DNA from: an uncultured Collinsella sp.
GTDB taxonomy: Bacteria > Actinomycetota > Coriobacteriia > Coriobacteriales > Coriobacteriaceae
Length of the DNA: 64,000 nt
Reading direction: 5' to 3'
Assembly (NCBI GenBank): GCA_902489775.1
Contig: CABUBH010000005.1
Location: 6,415-70,414 of the forward strand
This document shows, one piece after another, positions 48,730 through 59,351 of this stretch (the stretch's first letter is position 1; the number at the start of each line of letters is the position of its first letter). The position numbers and the translations under genes were made by a program. Below the pieces are notes generated by a model. It searched no databases. It saw only the letters and a program-made list of their open reading frames with translations, and had not been told where the DNA came from.

Positions 48730-48820
48730 TGGCGGAGAGTCAGGGATTTGAACCCTGGAGACGCTTTTGACGCCTACACGATTTCCAATCGTGCTCCTTC
48801 GGCCACTCGGACAACTCTCC
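48730..48820 (-). tRNA. tRNA-Ser (anticodon GGA)
   Basis: Acceptor GGAGAGT/ACTCTCC, anticodon loop TTGGAAA, long variable arm, T-loop TTCAAAT, encoded CCA. Confidence 0.85.
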
Positions 48821-48836
48821 GTTAAATGCGAAAGTT

Positions 48837-48864
48837 AGTATACACGAGGAATCGCAAGGTGCAA
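48837..48864 (-). promoter_or_regulatory. putative promoter of the tRNA-Ser pair
   Basis: On the minus strand: TTGCAC (48864-48859), a 16-nt spacer, then TATACT (48842-48837). It lies ~17 nt upstream of the tRNA 5' end. Confidence 0.45.
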
Positions 48865-49315
48865 GCCGAAAACTTAGCATTTTTTGATCCACAGTGTCTC
48901 GCGCTGTGCCTAAAACGCGCGGCACATGCAGCCTGACCAGCAAAATCATGCTAAGCGAATTGCTCAAAAAAGGACTTTATAGACCACGAGCAAACGAATT
49001 TAAAATCTTTTTGGCGATCAATTAGACCACTGGTATGCATTTTGCGACCACAGCCTTGTGCCCGTTGGCCTGCGGCTTGGCTCAGCTTGTCCTAGCGGCA
49101 CCGTATCTTGTCCACAGATTCGTCAAGCTTTTGGACAGCATTTGGTTGGAATGCGCATGAAACGTCGTGCGAGCATGGGCATATGTGGAGGTCATGAGGT
49201 TGTAGCTGCATATTCTTGCGGCTTGGGAGGTTGAAAGATATTATTACCAAGTCTTTTCCTGCTTCAGGCGCACCTTCACGACCTGAAGCCACATTTGCCC
49301 AGAGGAGGTGACAAT

Positions 49316-49609
49316 ATGAAGGCTTATGAACTGCTGTTCTTTGTTGACCCGTCGCTCGACCCCGAGACTCGTCTCGCTGTTATGAAGCGTATCGATACCA
49401 CGATCGCTGAGGGCGCTGGCAAGGTCGACTCCGTTGACGAGTGGGGCAAGCGCAAGCTCGCCTACGAGATCAACGACCTCACCGATGGTGACTACACCCT
49501 CATCAACTTCCACGCAGATCCTACCCAGATCGCCGAGCTTGATCGCGTCCTGCGCATCACCGACGCTGTGGTCCGCCACATGATCGTCCGTCGCGACGAC
49601 CAGGAGTAA
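49316..49609 (+). CDS. rpsF: 30S ribosomal protein S6
   Basis: MKAYELLFFVDPSLD...WGKRKLAYEI. RBS AGAGGAGG. Confidence 0.95.
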   Translation: MKAYELLFFVDPSLDPETRLAVMKRIDTTIAEGAGKVDSVDEWGKRKLAYEINDLTDGDYTLINFHADPTQIAELDRVLRITDAVVRHMIVRRDDQE

Positions 49610-49657
49610 GACTGTCGTTTTGGACTGGGCTTGTGCCCCAAGAGGAAGTAGTGAGTT

Positions 49658-50110
49658 ATGAGCATCAATCGAGTGAACATCACCGGTAACCTCACCCGCG
49701 ATCCCGAGCTGCGCGCCACCGCCGGCGGAACCCAGGTTCTGTCTTTTGGCGTCGCCGTGAACGATCGTCGCCGCAACGCGCAGACTGGCGAGTGGGAGGA
49801 CTATCCCAACTTTGTCGACTGCACTATGTTCGGCACCCGCGCCGAGGCCGTGAGCCGTTTCCTGGCAAAGGGAAACAAGGTCGCGATCGAGGGCAAGCTG
49901 CGCTACAGCTCTTGGGAGCGCGACGGCCAGCGCCGGAGCAAGCTTGAGGTCATCGTCGATGAGATCGAGTTTATGAGCTCCCGTGGTGGCCAGGGTGGCT
50001 ACGATCAGGGCGGTTACGCCCCCGCAGCTCCCGCGCCCGCAGCACGTCCCGCCGCGCCGGTGGCTACGCCGCCTGCGGTCGACGTCTACGATGAGGACAT
50101 CCCGTTCTAA
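49658..50110 (+). CDS. ssb: single-stranded DNA-binding protein
   Basis: OB fold NRVNITGNLTRDPELR, a Gly/Pro-rich linker, and the C-terminal tip DEDIPF. Confidence 0.95.
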   Translation: MSINRVNITGNLTRDPELRATAGGTQVLSFGVAVNDRRRNAQTGEWEDYPNFVDCTMFGTRAEAVSRFLAKGNKVAIEGKLRYSSWERDGQRRSKLEVIVDEIEFMSSRGGQGGYDQGGYAPAAPAPAARPAAPVATPPAVDVYDEDIPF

Positions 50111-50182
50111 GGGGTGTTCACCTATTTTTGAGTGAGAGGCGACTTTGGTTCGCCGAAGTTGCCAAATGAAAGGTATTTTGAC

Positions 50183-50449
50183 ATGGCTAATGATTTTTCT
50201 GCACGTCAGCCGCGTCGTAAGTACTGCCAGTTCTGCAAGGAGAACACTGAGTTCATCGACTATAAGGACACTCAGCTTCTCCGTAAGTACATGACCGACC
50301 GTGGCAAGATCAAGCCCCGTCGCGTCACTGGCGCTTGCACGCAGCATCAGCATGACATCGCCAACGCCATCAAGCGCGCCCGCGAGATGGCTCTCCTGCC
50401 GTACACCGTCCCCGTGGTTTCCTCTCGTGGCAACCGCGACCGCGGCTAA
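50183..50449 (+). CDS. rpsR: 30S ribosomal protein S18
   Basis: [40 protein letters not shown]. Confidence 0.95.
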   Translation: MANDFSARQPRRKYCQFCKENTEFIDYKDTQLLRKYMTDRGKIKPRRVTGACTQHQHDIANAIKRAREMALLPYTVPVVSSRGNRDRG

Positions 50450-50464
50450 GAAGGGAGACGCATC

Positions 50465-51004
50465 ATGAAGGTTATTCTTCTCGATGAGATCAAGGGCAAG
50501 GGCGGCGAGGGTGACGTCGTAGAGGTCGCTCAGGGTTACGCTGAGAACTTCCTGTTCCCCAAGAAGCTCGCTGTTGCCGCCACCAAGGGCAACCTCAAGC
50601 AGCTTGACGAGCGTCGCAACAACATCGCCAAGCGCGAGGCCGTCCGTCTGGCTACCGCCAACGAGACCAAGGCTGCCTTCGAGGGCAAGACGGTCACCGT
50701 TGACGTCAAGGTCGGCGACGAGGGCATCCTCTTTGGCTCCGTTACCGCCGCTATGATCGCTGACGCCATCAAGGCTCAGCTCGGTATGGACATCGACCGC
50801 AAGCGCGTCGAGCTCGGTAAGCCCATCAAGGTTGCCGGTGCCCACACCGTTGCCATCTCGCTGTACCGCGAGATCAAGGCCGAGGTTGTCGTTCTCGTCG
50901 GCGTTACTGCCGAGGAGCTCGCTGCCGAGGCTGAGGTCGAGGAGGCCGCTGAGGTCGCCGAGGCCGAGACCGCCGAGGTCGAGACTGAGGCTGCTGCCGA
51001 GTAG
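50465..51004 (+). CDS. rplI: 50S ribosomal protein L9 (with acidic Ala/Glu-rich C-terminal tail)
   Basis: MKVILLDEIKGKGGEGDVVEVAQGYAENFLFPKKLA. Confidence 0.95.
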   Translation: MKVILLDEIKGKGGEGDVVEVAQGYAENFLFPKKLAVAATKGNLKQLDERRNNIAKREAVRLATANETKAAFEGKTVTVDVKVGDEGILFGSVTAAMIADAIKAQLGMDIDRKRVELGKPIKVAGAHTVAISLYREIKAEVVVLVGVTAEELAAEAEVEEAAEVAEAETAEVETEAAAE

Positions 51005-51036
51005 CATTTGCTGCAACGCAACAATCTTGTTCTAAG

Positions 51037-51076
51037 AAGGGCGCTCTGGGAAACCAGGGTGCCCTTTTGTTTTTTG
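51037..51076 (+). terminator. terminator after rplI
   Basis: AGGGCGCTCTGG GAAA CCAGGGTGCCCT stem-loop followed by TTTTGTTTTTT. Confidence 0.7.
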
Positions 51077-51228
51077 CGCTGAGTGAGTGTCATGGTGAAC
51101 GTTGCGTCGAAGTCTTATATACAGGACCGTTCATCCGTTTGGTTCGGTGATGATTGGCGGCGCGCGGCGCGTTTTGGGATCGTGGCTGATACTATGGATG
51201 CTCGCAAGCGATATGAATGAGGATGCTC

Positions 51229-52620
51229 ATGGCATATGACGATAGGGAGACCGGGCTGACGGTTGAGGACCGCGGCTCAAAGTTGGGTCTTCCCCAAAAC
51301 CAAGATGCAGAGGCCAATGTACTGGCCGCTATGCTGCTATCGCCCGAGGTGGTCGAAGAAGCCCAGGTCGAGCTGCAGCCCGATGACTTCTACCGGCCCA
51401 TTCATAAGACCATCTATACCGCGATGGTCGATATGTACAACAGCCGCATTCCCATCGACTCCATCTCGCTGATCGATTACCTACGAAGCATCAACAAGCT
51501 CGATGCCGTGGGCGGCGAAGCGTACATTTTGGAGTTGATGGGTCAGACCCTGTCGCTCGTCAACTGGCAGCACCATGCCGCCATCGTTCGCCGTGATTCG
51601 ATGCTGCGTGAGCTGATCGGCGCCACCAACGAGATCAACGCGCTGGCATATAACGCCCCCACCGACACCAAAGAGGTTGTCGAGCTGGCCGAGAGCAAGC
51701 TACTCAAGGTTACGGCGCGCGAGGTCAAGTCGAGCTACAAGACGCTGACCGAGTTTATGGTCGAGGCCTATAACGAGGCCGAGGAAGTGTGCCAGGCCGG
51801 TGGCCAGGCCGCGGGCGTGCCCACTGGCTTTCCGTCGCTCGACCGCATGCTCATGGGCTTCCGCGAGGGCCAGCTCATCATCATCGGCGCCCGTCCTGCT
51901 GTAGGTAAGACGTCGTTCGCTCTGAACCTGGCACTTAACGCTGCCGCTGCTGGTTATACCGTCGGCTTCTTCTCGCTGGAGATGTCGGGCAAGGAAATTG
52001 CCCAGCGCCTGATTTGCGCCTACGCCATGATCTCGATCAGTGACTTCCGCATGGGCCGCATTAGCCCCGAGCAGTGGGACAATATCAACGAGGCCACGCA
52101 GACCTTGTCCAAGCTCGATATTCTGATTGACGATACGCCCGGCACCACAGTGACCGAGATTCGCGCCAAGAGCCGCCGCATGCTCCATAACAAGGAGAAG
52201 GCAATCATCATCCTGGACTACCTGCAGCTGGTGAGTCCTCCGCCGGGACGCCGCTCCGAGAGCCGTACCGTCGAGGTTTCGGAGATGTCGCGTGGCCTGA
52301 AGATCATGGCCAAGGAGCTCAAGATCCCGCTCATCGCGCTGTCGCAGCTCTCGCGTCAGGTCGAATCCCGTACCGGCAAGCGCCCGCAACTTTCCGACCT
52401 TCGTGAATCGGGCTCCATCGAGCAGGACGCCGATATCGTTATGTTCTTGGACCGCTCCGCCGACGAGGCCGAGGCCTCGCGCGACGATCGACCCGACGAG
52501 GACGTTACGCGTATCGTCGTGGCCAAGAACCGTTCGGGCCCGATCGGCGACGTCGACCTGATGTTCCTGCCGGCATCCACCAAGTTCTATGAGCTTGATG
52601 GGGCACATGCCGAGGAGTAG
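51229..52620 (+). CDS. dnaB: replicative DNA helicase DnaB
   Basis: LPQNQDAEANVLAAML and Walker A GARPAVGKTSFALN. No intein-sized insertion. The start could be 51217. Confidence 0.95.
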   Translation: MAYDDRETGLTVEDRGSKLGLPQNQDAEANVLAAMLLSPEVVEEAQVELQPDDFYRPIHKTIYTAMVDMYNSRIPIDSISLIDYLRSINKLDAVGGEAYILELMGQTLSLVNWQHHAAIVRRDSMLRELIGATNEINALAYNAPTDTKEVVELAESKLLKVTAREVKSSYKTLTEFMVEAYNEAEEVCQAGGQAAGVPTGFPSLDRMLMGFREGQLIIIGARPAVGKTSFALNLALNAAAAGYTVGFFSLEMSGKEIAQRLICAYAMISISDFRMGRISPEQWDNINEATQTLSKLDILIDDTPGTTVTEIRAKSRRMLHNKEKAIIILDYLQLVSPPPGRRSESRTVEVSEMSRGLKIMAKELKIPLIALSQLSRQVESRTGKRPQLSDLRESGSIEQDADIVMFLDRSADEAEASRDDRPDEDVTRIVVAKNRSGPIGDVDLMFLPASTKFYELDGAHAEE

Positions 52621-52704
52621 GACAGGCGCCCGTTGCATGGGTATACTGGGAATGTTTTGTGCTTCTGCGTGCCGGCGTGGCGCGTAGACAGTCCATGAAT
52701 GTAA

Positions 52705-54000
<1,296 letters not shown>

Positions 54001-54118
54001 TCGGGACTATTCGGTTATTGCGATATACCCCTTTGCAGCCCAAGCGGGCGGCCGAGGGGTATATTTGCTTGCAAAGGGCTCGCGCGGAGCGGGCCGTTCA
54101 TCCATAGAGGAGGCACCC

Positions 54119-55423
54119 TTGAAGGCGGACACTCAAACCATCGACATCCTGTTGTTGGGCAGCGGCGGCCGTGAGCACGCTTTGGCAGCGAAGCTCGCAG
54201 CATCACCGCGCGCCGGCAAGCTCTACATCGCGCCGGGTAACGGCGGCACCGCGAGCTGTGGCGAGAACGTTGTTCTCGACGATTGCGATCCTGCGGCCGT
54301 GGCGGCGTTTGCGCAGAGCCACGGATGCGGACTCGTGGTGATTGGCCCCGAGGCCCCGCTCGTGGCGGGTGTGGCCGACGCCGTGCGCGCGGCAGGTATC
54401 CCGTGCTTTGGCCCGGGTGCCGAGGGCGCCCAGATGGAGGGCTCCAAGCTGTTCTCCAAGCAGCTCATGGAGCGCGCGGGCATTCCGACGGCTGCCTATG
54501 GCTCGTTTACCGATGAGGCTTCTGCTCTTGCCTATGTGCGCGAGCAGGGTGCTCCGCTGGTCGTGAAGGCCGATGGCCTGGCCGCGGGTAAGGGCGTTAT
54601 CGTGGCGACCGAGCTTGCGCAGGCCGAGGAGGCCGTGCGCGAGTGCTTTGGTGGCGTCTTTGGTGACGCCGGCAACACCGTGGTCATCGAGGAGATGCTC
54701 GTTGGCCCCGAGTGCTCGCTGCTGGCCTTCACCGACGGCAAGACCGTGCGCCCCATGACCACTTCGCAGGACCACAAGCGCGCGCTCGAGGGCGACCTTG
54801 GTCCCAACACCGGCGGCATGGGCGTCTACAGCCCGGTGCCCATCGTGACTGACGAGGAGCACGCCACCATGGTGGAGGTCATGGAGCAGACCGTGGCCGA
54901 GCTCGCCGCCGAGGGTATCGACTACCGCGGCTGCCTGTATGGCGGCTTTATGCTCACCCCCGCCGGCCCCAAGGTGCTGGAGTTCAACGCCCGCTTTGGC
55001 GACCCCGAGACGCAGGTCGTGCTTCCGCGCCTTAAGAACGACCTGGTCGAGGTCATGCTGGCTTGTGCTAACTGCGAGCTCGACCAGATTGAACTCGACT
55101 GGCGCGACGAGTGGGCCGTGGCCGTTGTCCTGACGAGCGCGGGCTATCCCGGCAGCTATGAGAAGGGCAAAGTCATCACCGGTATTGAGGATGCCGAGGC
55201 CATGGAGAACGTGACCGTGTACCACGCGGGCACTGCCGTGGTGGACGGCCAGCTCGTGACCAACGGCGGCCGCGTGCTTGCCGTGACCGCCCTGGGCGAC
55301 ACGTTCGAGAACGCTCGCAACCTTGCCTACGAGGCCTGCGAGAAGATTGATTTTGAGGGCAAGACCCTGCGTCATGACATTGGCCTGCGCGCGCTGCGCG
55401 GCCGCGACGCCTGGGATGCCTAA
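54119..55423 (+). CDS. purD: phosphoribosylamine--glycine ligase
   Basis: [18 protein letters not shown] and an ATP-grasp domain. I place the start at TTG 54119 after GGAGG, because the track start 53951 would overlap purA. Confidence 0.93.
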   Translation: MKADTQTIDILLLGSGGREHALAAKLAASPRAGKLYIAPGNGGTASCGENVVLDDCDPAAVAAFAQSHGCGLVVIGPEAPLVAGVADAVRAAGIPCFGPGAEGAQMEGSKLFSKQLMERAGIPTAAYGSFTDEASALAYVREQGAPLVVKADGLAAGKGVIVATELAQAEEAVRECFGGVFGDAGNTVVIEEMLVGPECSLLAFTDGKTVRPMTTSQDHKRALEGDLGPNTGGMGVYSPVPIVTDEEHATMVEVMEQTVAELAAEGIDYRGCLYGGFMLTPAGPKVLEFNARFGDPETQVVLPRLKNDLVEVMLACANCELDQIELDWRDEWAVAVVLTSAGYPGSYEKGKVITGIEDAEAMENVTVYHAGTAVVDGQLVTNGGRVLAVTALGDTFENARNLAYEACEKIDFEGKTLRHDIGLRALRGRDAWDA

Positions 55424-55444
55424 AATCCGAGAGGAATGAGACGG

Positions 55445-56140
55445 ATGGACGAGAAGAACGAAGAGCTCGTGGACGCGCAGATCGTCGAGCAGGACGGTCG
55501 CACGTATGGGCACGCCGAGGGCGAGCCCGGTGGCGAGGTCGTTGATGAGCCGGTGCTGGTGCTGGGCGACGACGATCCGCACGATGCCGAGCTGCACGAG
55601 AAGATTCTTTCGGAGGAGTGCGCCTGGAAGGGCAAGATCCTCGATGTCCACCGTCTTGAGGTTGAGCTGCCCAACGGTCACCGCAGCGCCCGCGATATCG
55701 TTCGCCATCCGGGTGCGGCGGCCGTTGTGGCACTGACCGAGAGCGGCAAGATCGTACTGGTGCGTCAGTACCGCACCGCCATCGACCGCGTGACGGTCGA
55801 GATTCCCGCCGGCAAGCTCGACCCGGGCGAGGATCCGCTCGATTGCGCTAAGCGCGAACTGCACGAGGAGACGGGCTTTAGGGCCGGTCGCATTCGCTTT
55901 TTGACGTCGATTGTCACGTCTTGCGGTTTTTGCGATGAGATCATCCACATCTACTTGGCTACCAAGCTCGAGTTTGATGCGCCCAACCCCGATGATGACG
56001 AGTTTGTCAACGTTGACCTGGTGCCGCTACACGAGCTGATCGACGCCGTGCTCGACGGCAAGATCGAAGACGCCAAGACCGTCGTGGGCGCGCTTGCCTG
56101 CGACAGCATCGCACACAGGCTGGGCGGAACTGAGCTCTAG
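55445..56140 (+). CDS. NUDIX hydrolase (ADP-ribose pyrophosphatase-like)
   Basis: Nudix box GKLDPGEDPLDCAKRELHEETGF. Confidence 0.88.
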   Translation: MDEKNEELVDAQIVEQDGRTYGHAEGEPGGEVVDEPVLVLGDDDPHDAELHEKILSEECAWKGKILDVHRLEVELPNGHRSARDIVRHPGAAAVVALTESGKIVLVRQYRTAIDRVTVEIPAGKLDPGEDPLDCAKRELHEETGFRAGRIRFLTSIVTSCGFCDEIIHIYLATKLEFDAPNPDDDEFVNVDLVPLHELIDAVLDGKIEDAKTVVGALACDSIAHRLGGTEL

Positions 56141-56168
56141 GTTACGCGGTTTTACCAAACCGCGTAAC
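56141..56168 (+). other. 12-bp perfect hairpin immediately after the Nudix stop
   Basis: GTTACGCGGTTT TACC AAACCGCGTAAC. No U-tract follows. Confidence 0.6.
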
Positions 56169-56172
56169 GAGT

Positions 56173-56292
56173 CGACGCTGCAAACGCCCCTAAGCGGCAA
56201 TCTGCCTTTCAATCGTCGCTCGCGTACCGAAGTACGCGTCACTCCTCTTTCAAGGCACCTTGCTCGCTTAGGGACGTTTTCGCTGACGCTGC
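56173..56292 (+). repeat. structured intergenic element, copy 2 (same 43-nt core as 38073-38115)
   Basis: Core at 56209-56251: TCAATCGTCGCTCGCGTACCGAAGTACGCGTCACTCCTCTTTC. Flanking imperfect inverted arms (..AAACGCCCCTAAGCGGCAATCTGCC / GGCACCTTGCTCGCTTAGGGACGTTTT..). Confidence 0.7.
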
Positions 56293-56387
56293 CAGAACAT
56301 CGGCGTTATGCTTGTTGGGATGCTTTGTTTTCAGCCCGACCGGTTCAACCGGATTTCTCACACCATTAATTTCTCTCCGAGGACTGC

Positions 56388-58160
56388 ATGTTTAAGAGGT
56401 TTCTTTCGTATTACGAGCCCCAGATGGGGCTTTTTGTTGCTGATACTGTTTGTGCTCTGGTGCTTGCTGCCATTGACCTGGCGTTCCCCATTATCCTGCG
56501 CAATTTGACCGGTGGGCTGTTTACTCAGGGTCAGGCTGCCATTATGCAGGCGCTCGGCATGATCGCGGTGGGCTTGGTGCTGATGTATGCCGTCCGCTGT
56601 GCCTGCCGCTACTTTGTGAGCTATTGGGGTCACGTGATGGGCGCGCGCATGGAGTCCAAGATGCGCGAGGACCTGTTCGACCAGTATGAGCGCTTTAGCT
56701 TTGCGTACTTCGACCGCAACAGCTCGGGCGACATGATGAGCCGCGTGGTCAACGACCTGTTCGATATCTGCGAGGCGGCGCACCACGTGCCCGAGTGGAT
56801 CATCATCTGCGGCATCGAGATTATCGGCTCGTTTGTGATTCTCTTTACCATCGCTCCGGTGCTGGCACTCGCCATGGCCGTGGTGACGGCGGCGTTTGCG
56901 GTCGTCATGTTTTGGCAGAACATGCGCATGCGCGAGGTCTTTAGCGACAACCGCAAAAAGATCAGCGGCATCAATGCGCAGCTGCAGGATTCGCTGGCGG
57001 GCATGCGCGTGGTCAAGAGTTTTGCCAATGAGGAGACCGAGCGTGCCAAGTTCCGTGCCTCTAACGACCGCTACCTTTTGTCCAAGGAGAACATGTATCA
57101 CGCCATGGGCGTCTATACCGCGACGTATGGCCTGCTCTCGGGTGTGCTCTATGTGATCGTAGTGCTGCTGGGCGGCTGGCTGGTCGCCCAGGGACAGCTG
57201 CAGGCGGTCGATATGGCGACCTTTGCACTCTATATTGCGCTGTTCTGCACGCCGCTTGAGACGCTCGTCAATTCGGCCGAAACGTATCAGAAGGCTATCG
57301 CCGGCTTTAAGCGTATGGACGAGGTGCTCTCGACCGCGCCGGATATCCAGGACAAGCCGGGCGCCACTGATCTGCAGGTGACTGCCGGCGCCGTGGAGTA
57401 TCACGACGTGTGCTTTAACTACGAGGACGTTGAGCTGGGCGAGGGCGATGCCGACGAGCGTCCCGTTATCGACCATATGGACCTGTCTATCAAGCCCGGG
57501 CAGACCATCGCGCTGGTTGGCCCCTCGGGCGGCGGCAAGTCCACGACCTGTTCGCTGCTGCCGCGCTTTTATGACGTGGCTGCCGGATCCATTAGCATCG
57601 ACGGCCAGGACGTGCGTGACGTGACGCAGCATAGCCTGCGCCGTGCCATCGGCCTGGTGCAGCAGGATGTCTACCTGTTTGACGGTACGATTGGCGAGAA
57701 CATCGCCTACGGCAAGCCGGGTGCTACGGCAGAAGAGATCGCTGAGGCGGCCCGTCGCGCCAATATCGATACCTTTATCGAGTCGCTTCCACAGGGCTAT
57801 GACACGGTCGTGGGCGAGCGCGGCAGCCGTCTTTCGGGCGGGCAGAAGCAGCGCGTTGCCATCGCGCGTGTGTTTCTCAAGAACCCCAAGATCCTGATTT
57901 TGGACGAGGCGACGAGTGCTTTGGATAACGAGAGCGAGGAGGCGGTGCAGGAGTCGCTCGAAGAGCTGGCACGCGGCCGCACCACGATTATCATTGCCCA
58001 CCGTCTTTCGACCATTAAGCACGCCGATGAGATTGCGACCGTTGAGCATGGTCGCGTTGTGGAGCGTGGCACGCACGAGGAGCTTCTCGCCCGTGGCGGC
58101 ACCTATGCCCGTTACTATCGAATGCAGTTCGAAGGTGCGCGTGCGCACGAGCTCGACTGA
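56388..58160 (+). CDS. ABC transporter, fused permease/ATP-binding protein (type I exporter, MsbA/multidrug-like)
   Basis: Six-TM domain, Walker A GPSGGGKST, signature LSGGQKQRVAIAR, and Walker B ILILDEATSALD. Confidence 0.92.
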   Translation: MFKRFLSYYEPQMGLFVADTVCALVLAAIDLAFPIILRNLTGGLFTQGQAAIMQALGMIAVGLVLMYAVRCACRYFVSYWGHVMGARMESKMREDLFDQYERFSFAYFDRNSSGDMMSRVVNDLFDICEAAHHVPEWIIICGIEIIGSFVILFTIAPVLALAMAVVTAAFAVVMFWQNMRMREVFSDNRKKISGINAQLQDSLAGMRVVKSFANEETERAKFRASNDRYLLSKENMYHAMGVYTATYGLLSGVLYVIVVLLGGWLVAQGQLQAVDMATFALYIALFCTPLETLVNSAETYQKAIAGFKRMDEVLSTAPDIQDKPGATDLQVTAGAVEYHDVCFNYEDVELGEGDADERPVIDHMDLSIKPGQTIALVGPSGGGKSTTCSLLPRFYDVAAGSISIDGQDVRDVTQHSLRRAIGLVQQDVYLFDGTIGENIAYGKPGATAEEIAEAARRANIDTFIESLPQGYDTVVGERGSRLSGGQKQRVAIARVFLKNPKILILDEATSALDNESEEAVQESLEELARGRTTIIIAHRLSTIKHADEIATVEHGRVVERGTHEELLARGGTYARYYRMQFEGARAHELD

Positions 58161-58179
58161 TTGATATGACAGGAAGTTT

Positions 58180-59145
58180 ATGGCTGACAAGAACCCTTTG
58201 ACTCCGGAAGAAGTGACGGAGTTATTCTCCGAAATCGATGCATCCGGCGTCTTGGATCCCACGCTTGCCAAAAAGCGAACCGAGCGCATGCGTGAGAAGG
58301 AGGCTGCGTCCAAGCGCGGTGACAAAGCGGCGCTAGCGCAGCTGCGCAGTGAGGACCGCGCGAGCCAGGCAAAACATATCGACCCGCTGTCCGAGGACGA
58401 TCCTTCGGGCTCGCAGGTGAGCCATACCATTACGAAGACCGCGATGGCCGTGGTCATCGGTATTTTGGTGCTGATCGTGGGCATGCAGATTGGCTACGGC
58501 GTGATGCGTCGTCTGAACACCGCCAACCTGTCCGAGAGCGTTTCGGTCGATACCGTTTCGACGGCGCTGAAGGGTGGACTTGAATGGGGCAACGGCTTTA
58601 CGCAGTTCCCGCTCGACTTTACCGTCGATGAAGCCGATGAACGCACGGGCACGGTCGAGGTGACGGTGTTGGACACATCGTCTGCCAACGAGCTCGAGCT
58701 GCTGTCCAACGGGCAGATTCAGGCCGCTGCGCTTGCGACCAACGCGTTGCTCAACGATAAGATCGACCGCGTGGTGTATAACGTTCACGCCTATATCGAC
58801 GAGGATAGCAACATTCAGCACGATTCCTTCTTTGGCATGTTCCCCGCGCGCGGCCACCAGAGCGCCATTTTGACGTTCGTGTGGACCAAGAGCTCATCCA
58901 ACGCCACGAGTATCGACTGGAAGATGCGCATCGTGAGTATGGATGACACCATCGCCGAGCGCATTCAGAAGCAGGTGAACTCGGTGTCGTCGTTGATTGA
59001 GGACCCGGTGGTGAGCCAGACCAAGATTGACGAGGAAAAAGCCGAGCGCGATCTGGAGCATCGTTTGCATGGCCGCGAGATTTTCCGTGGCGGCAAGCCC
59101 GATCGCACACCGTCCGAACTGCTGGAGCAGGACAAGAAAAAATAA
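58180..59145 (+). CDS. hypothetical single-pass membrane protein
   Basis: 321 aa with one TM helix (AMAVVIGILVLIVGMQIGYGV). RBS AGGAAG. I recognise no motif. Confidence 0.55.
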   Translation: MADKNPLTPEEVTELFSEIDASGVLDPTLAKKRTERMREKEAASKRGDKAALAQLRSEDRASQAKHIDPLSEDDPSGSQVSHTITKTAMAVVIGILVLIVGMQIGYGVMRRLNTANLSESVSVDTVSTALKGGLEWGNGFTQFPLDFTVDEADERTGTVEVTVLDTSSANELELLSNGQIQAAALATNALLNDKIDRVVYNVHAYIDEDSNIQHDSFFGMFPARGHQSAILTFVWTKSSSNATSIDWKMRIVSMDDTIAERIQKQVNSVSSLIEDPVVSQTKIDEEKAERDLEHRLHGREIFRGGKPDRTPSELLEQDKKK

Positions 59146-59151
59146 GACGCC

Positions 59152-59191
59152 ATCATCCCGCGTGAGCCACAAGCCCCGCGGGATGATTTTT
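59152..59191 (+). terminator. intrinsic terminator
   Basis: ATCATCCCGCG / CGCGGGATGAT stem followed by TTTTT. Confidence 0.7.
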
Positions 59192-59322
59192 CCGGGACGG
59201 GGATTAAAAAACATTATGCATAGAAAGTCATAATTATCATTTCGTAAACATTTCGATGAAATTAACGCCATAGAGCATGCTTGCGGTTACAATACCGCGA
59301 GGCCTAACTACACACCTTTAAG

Positions 59323-59340
59323 CCGGTCCTGTGAGACCGG
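59323..59340 (+). promoter_or_regulatory. hairpin abutting the carA RBS (weak resemblance to a PyrR binding loop)
   Basis: CCGGTC CTGTGA GACCGG, directly followed by GAAGGAG and ATG 59352. GGUCCUGUGAGACC shares ~9/14 positions with my recollection of the PyrR consensus (A)GUCCAGAGAGGCU. Confidence 0.3.
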
Positions 59341-59351
59341 GAAGGAGAATT

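Noticed and set aside
59205-59275. ARG-box-like half palindromes (TGCATAGAAAGTCATAAT) upstream of carA
   Set aside because: The match to the ARG-box consensus (TNTGAATWWWWATTCANW) is too weak to call an operator. It is kept only as context in the carAB-leader finding.
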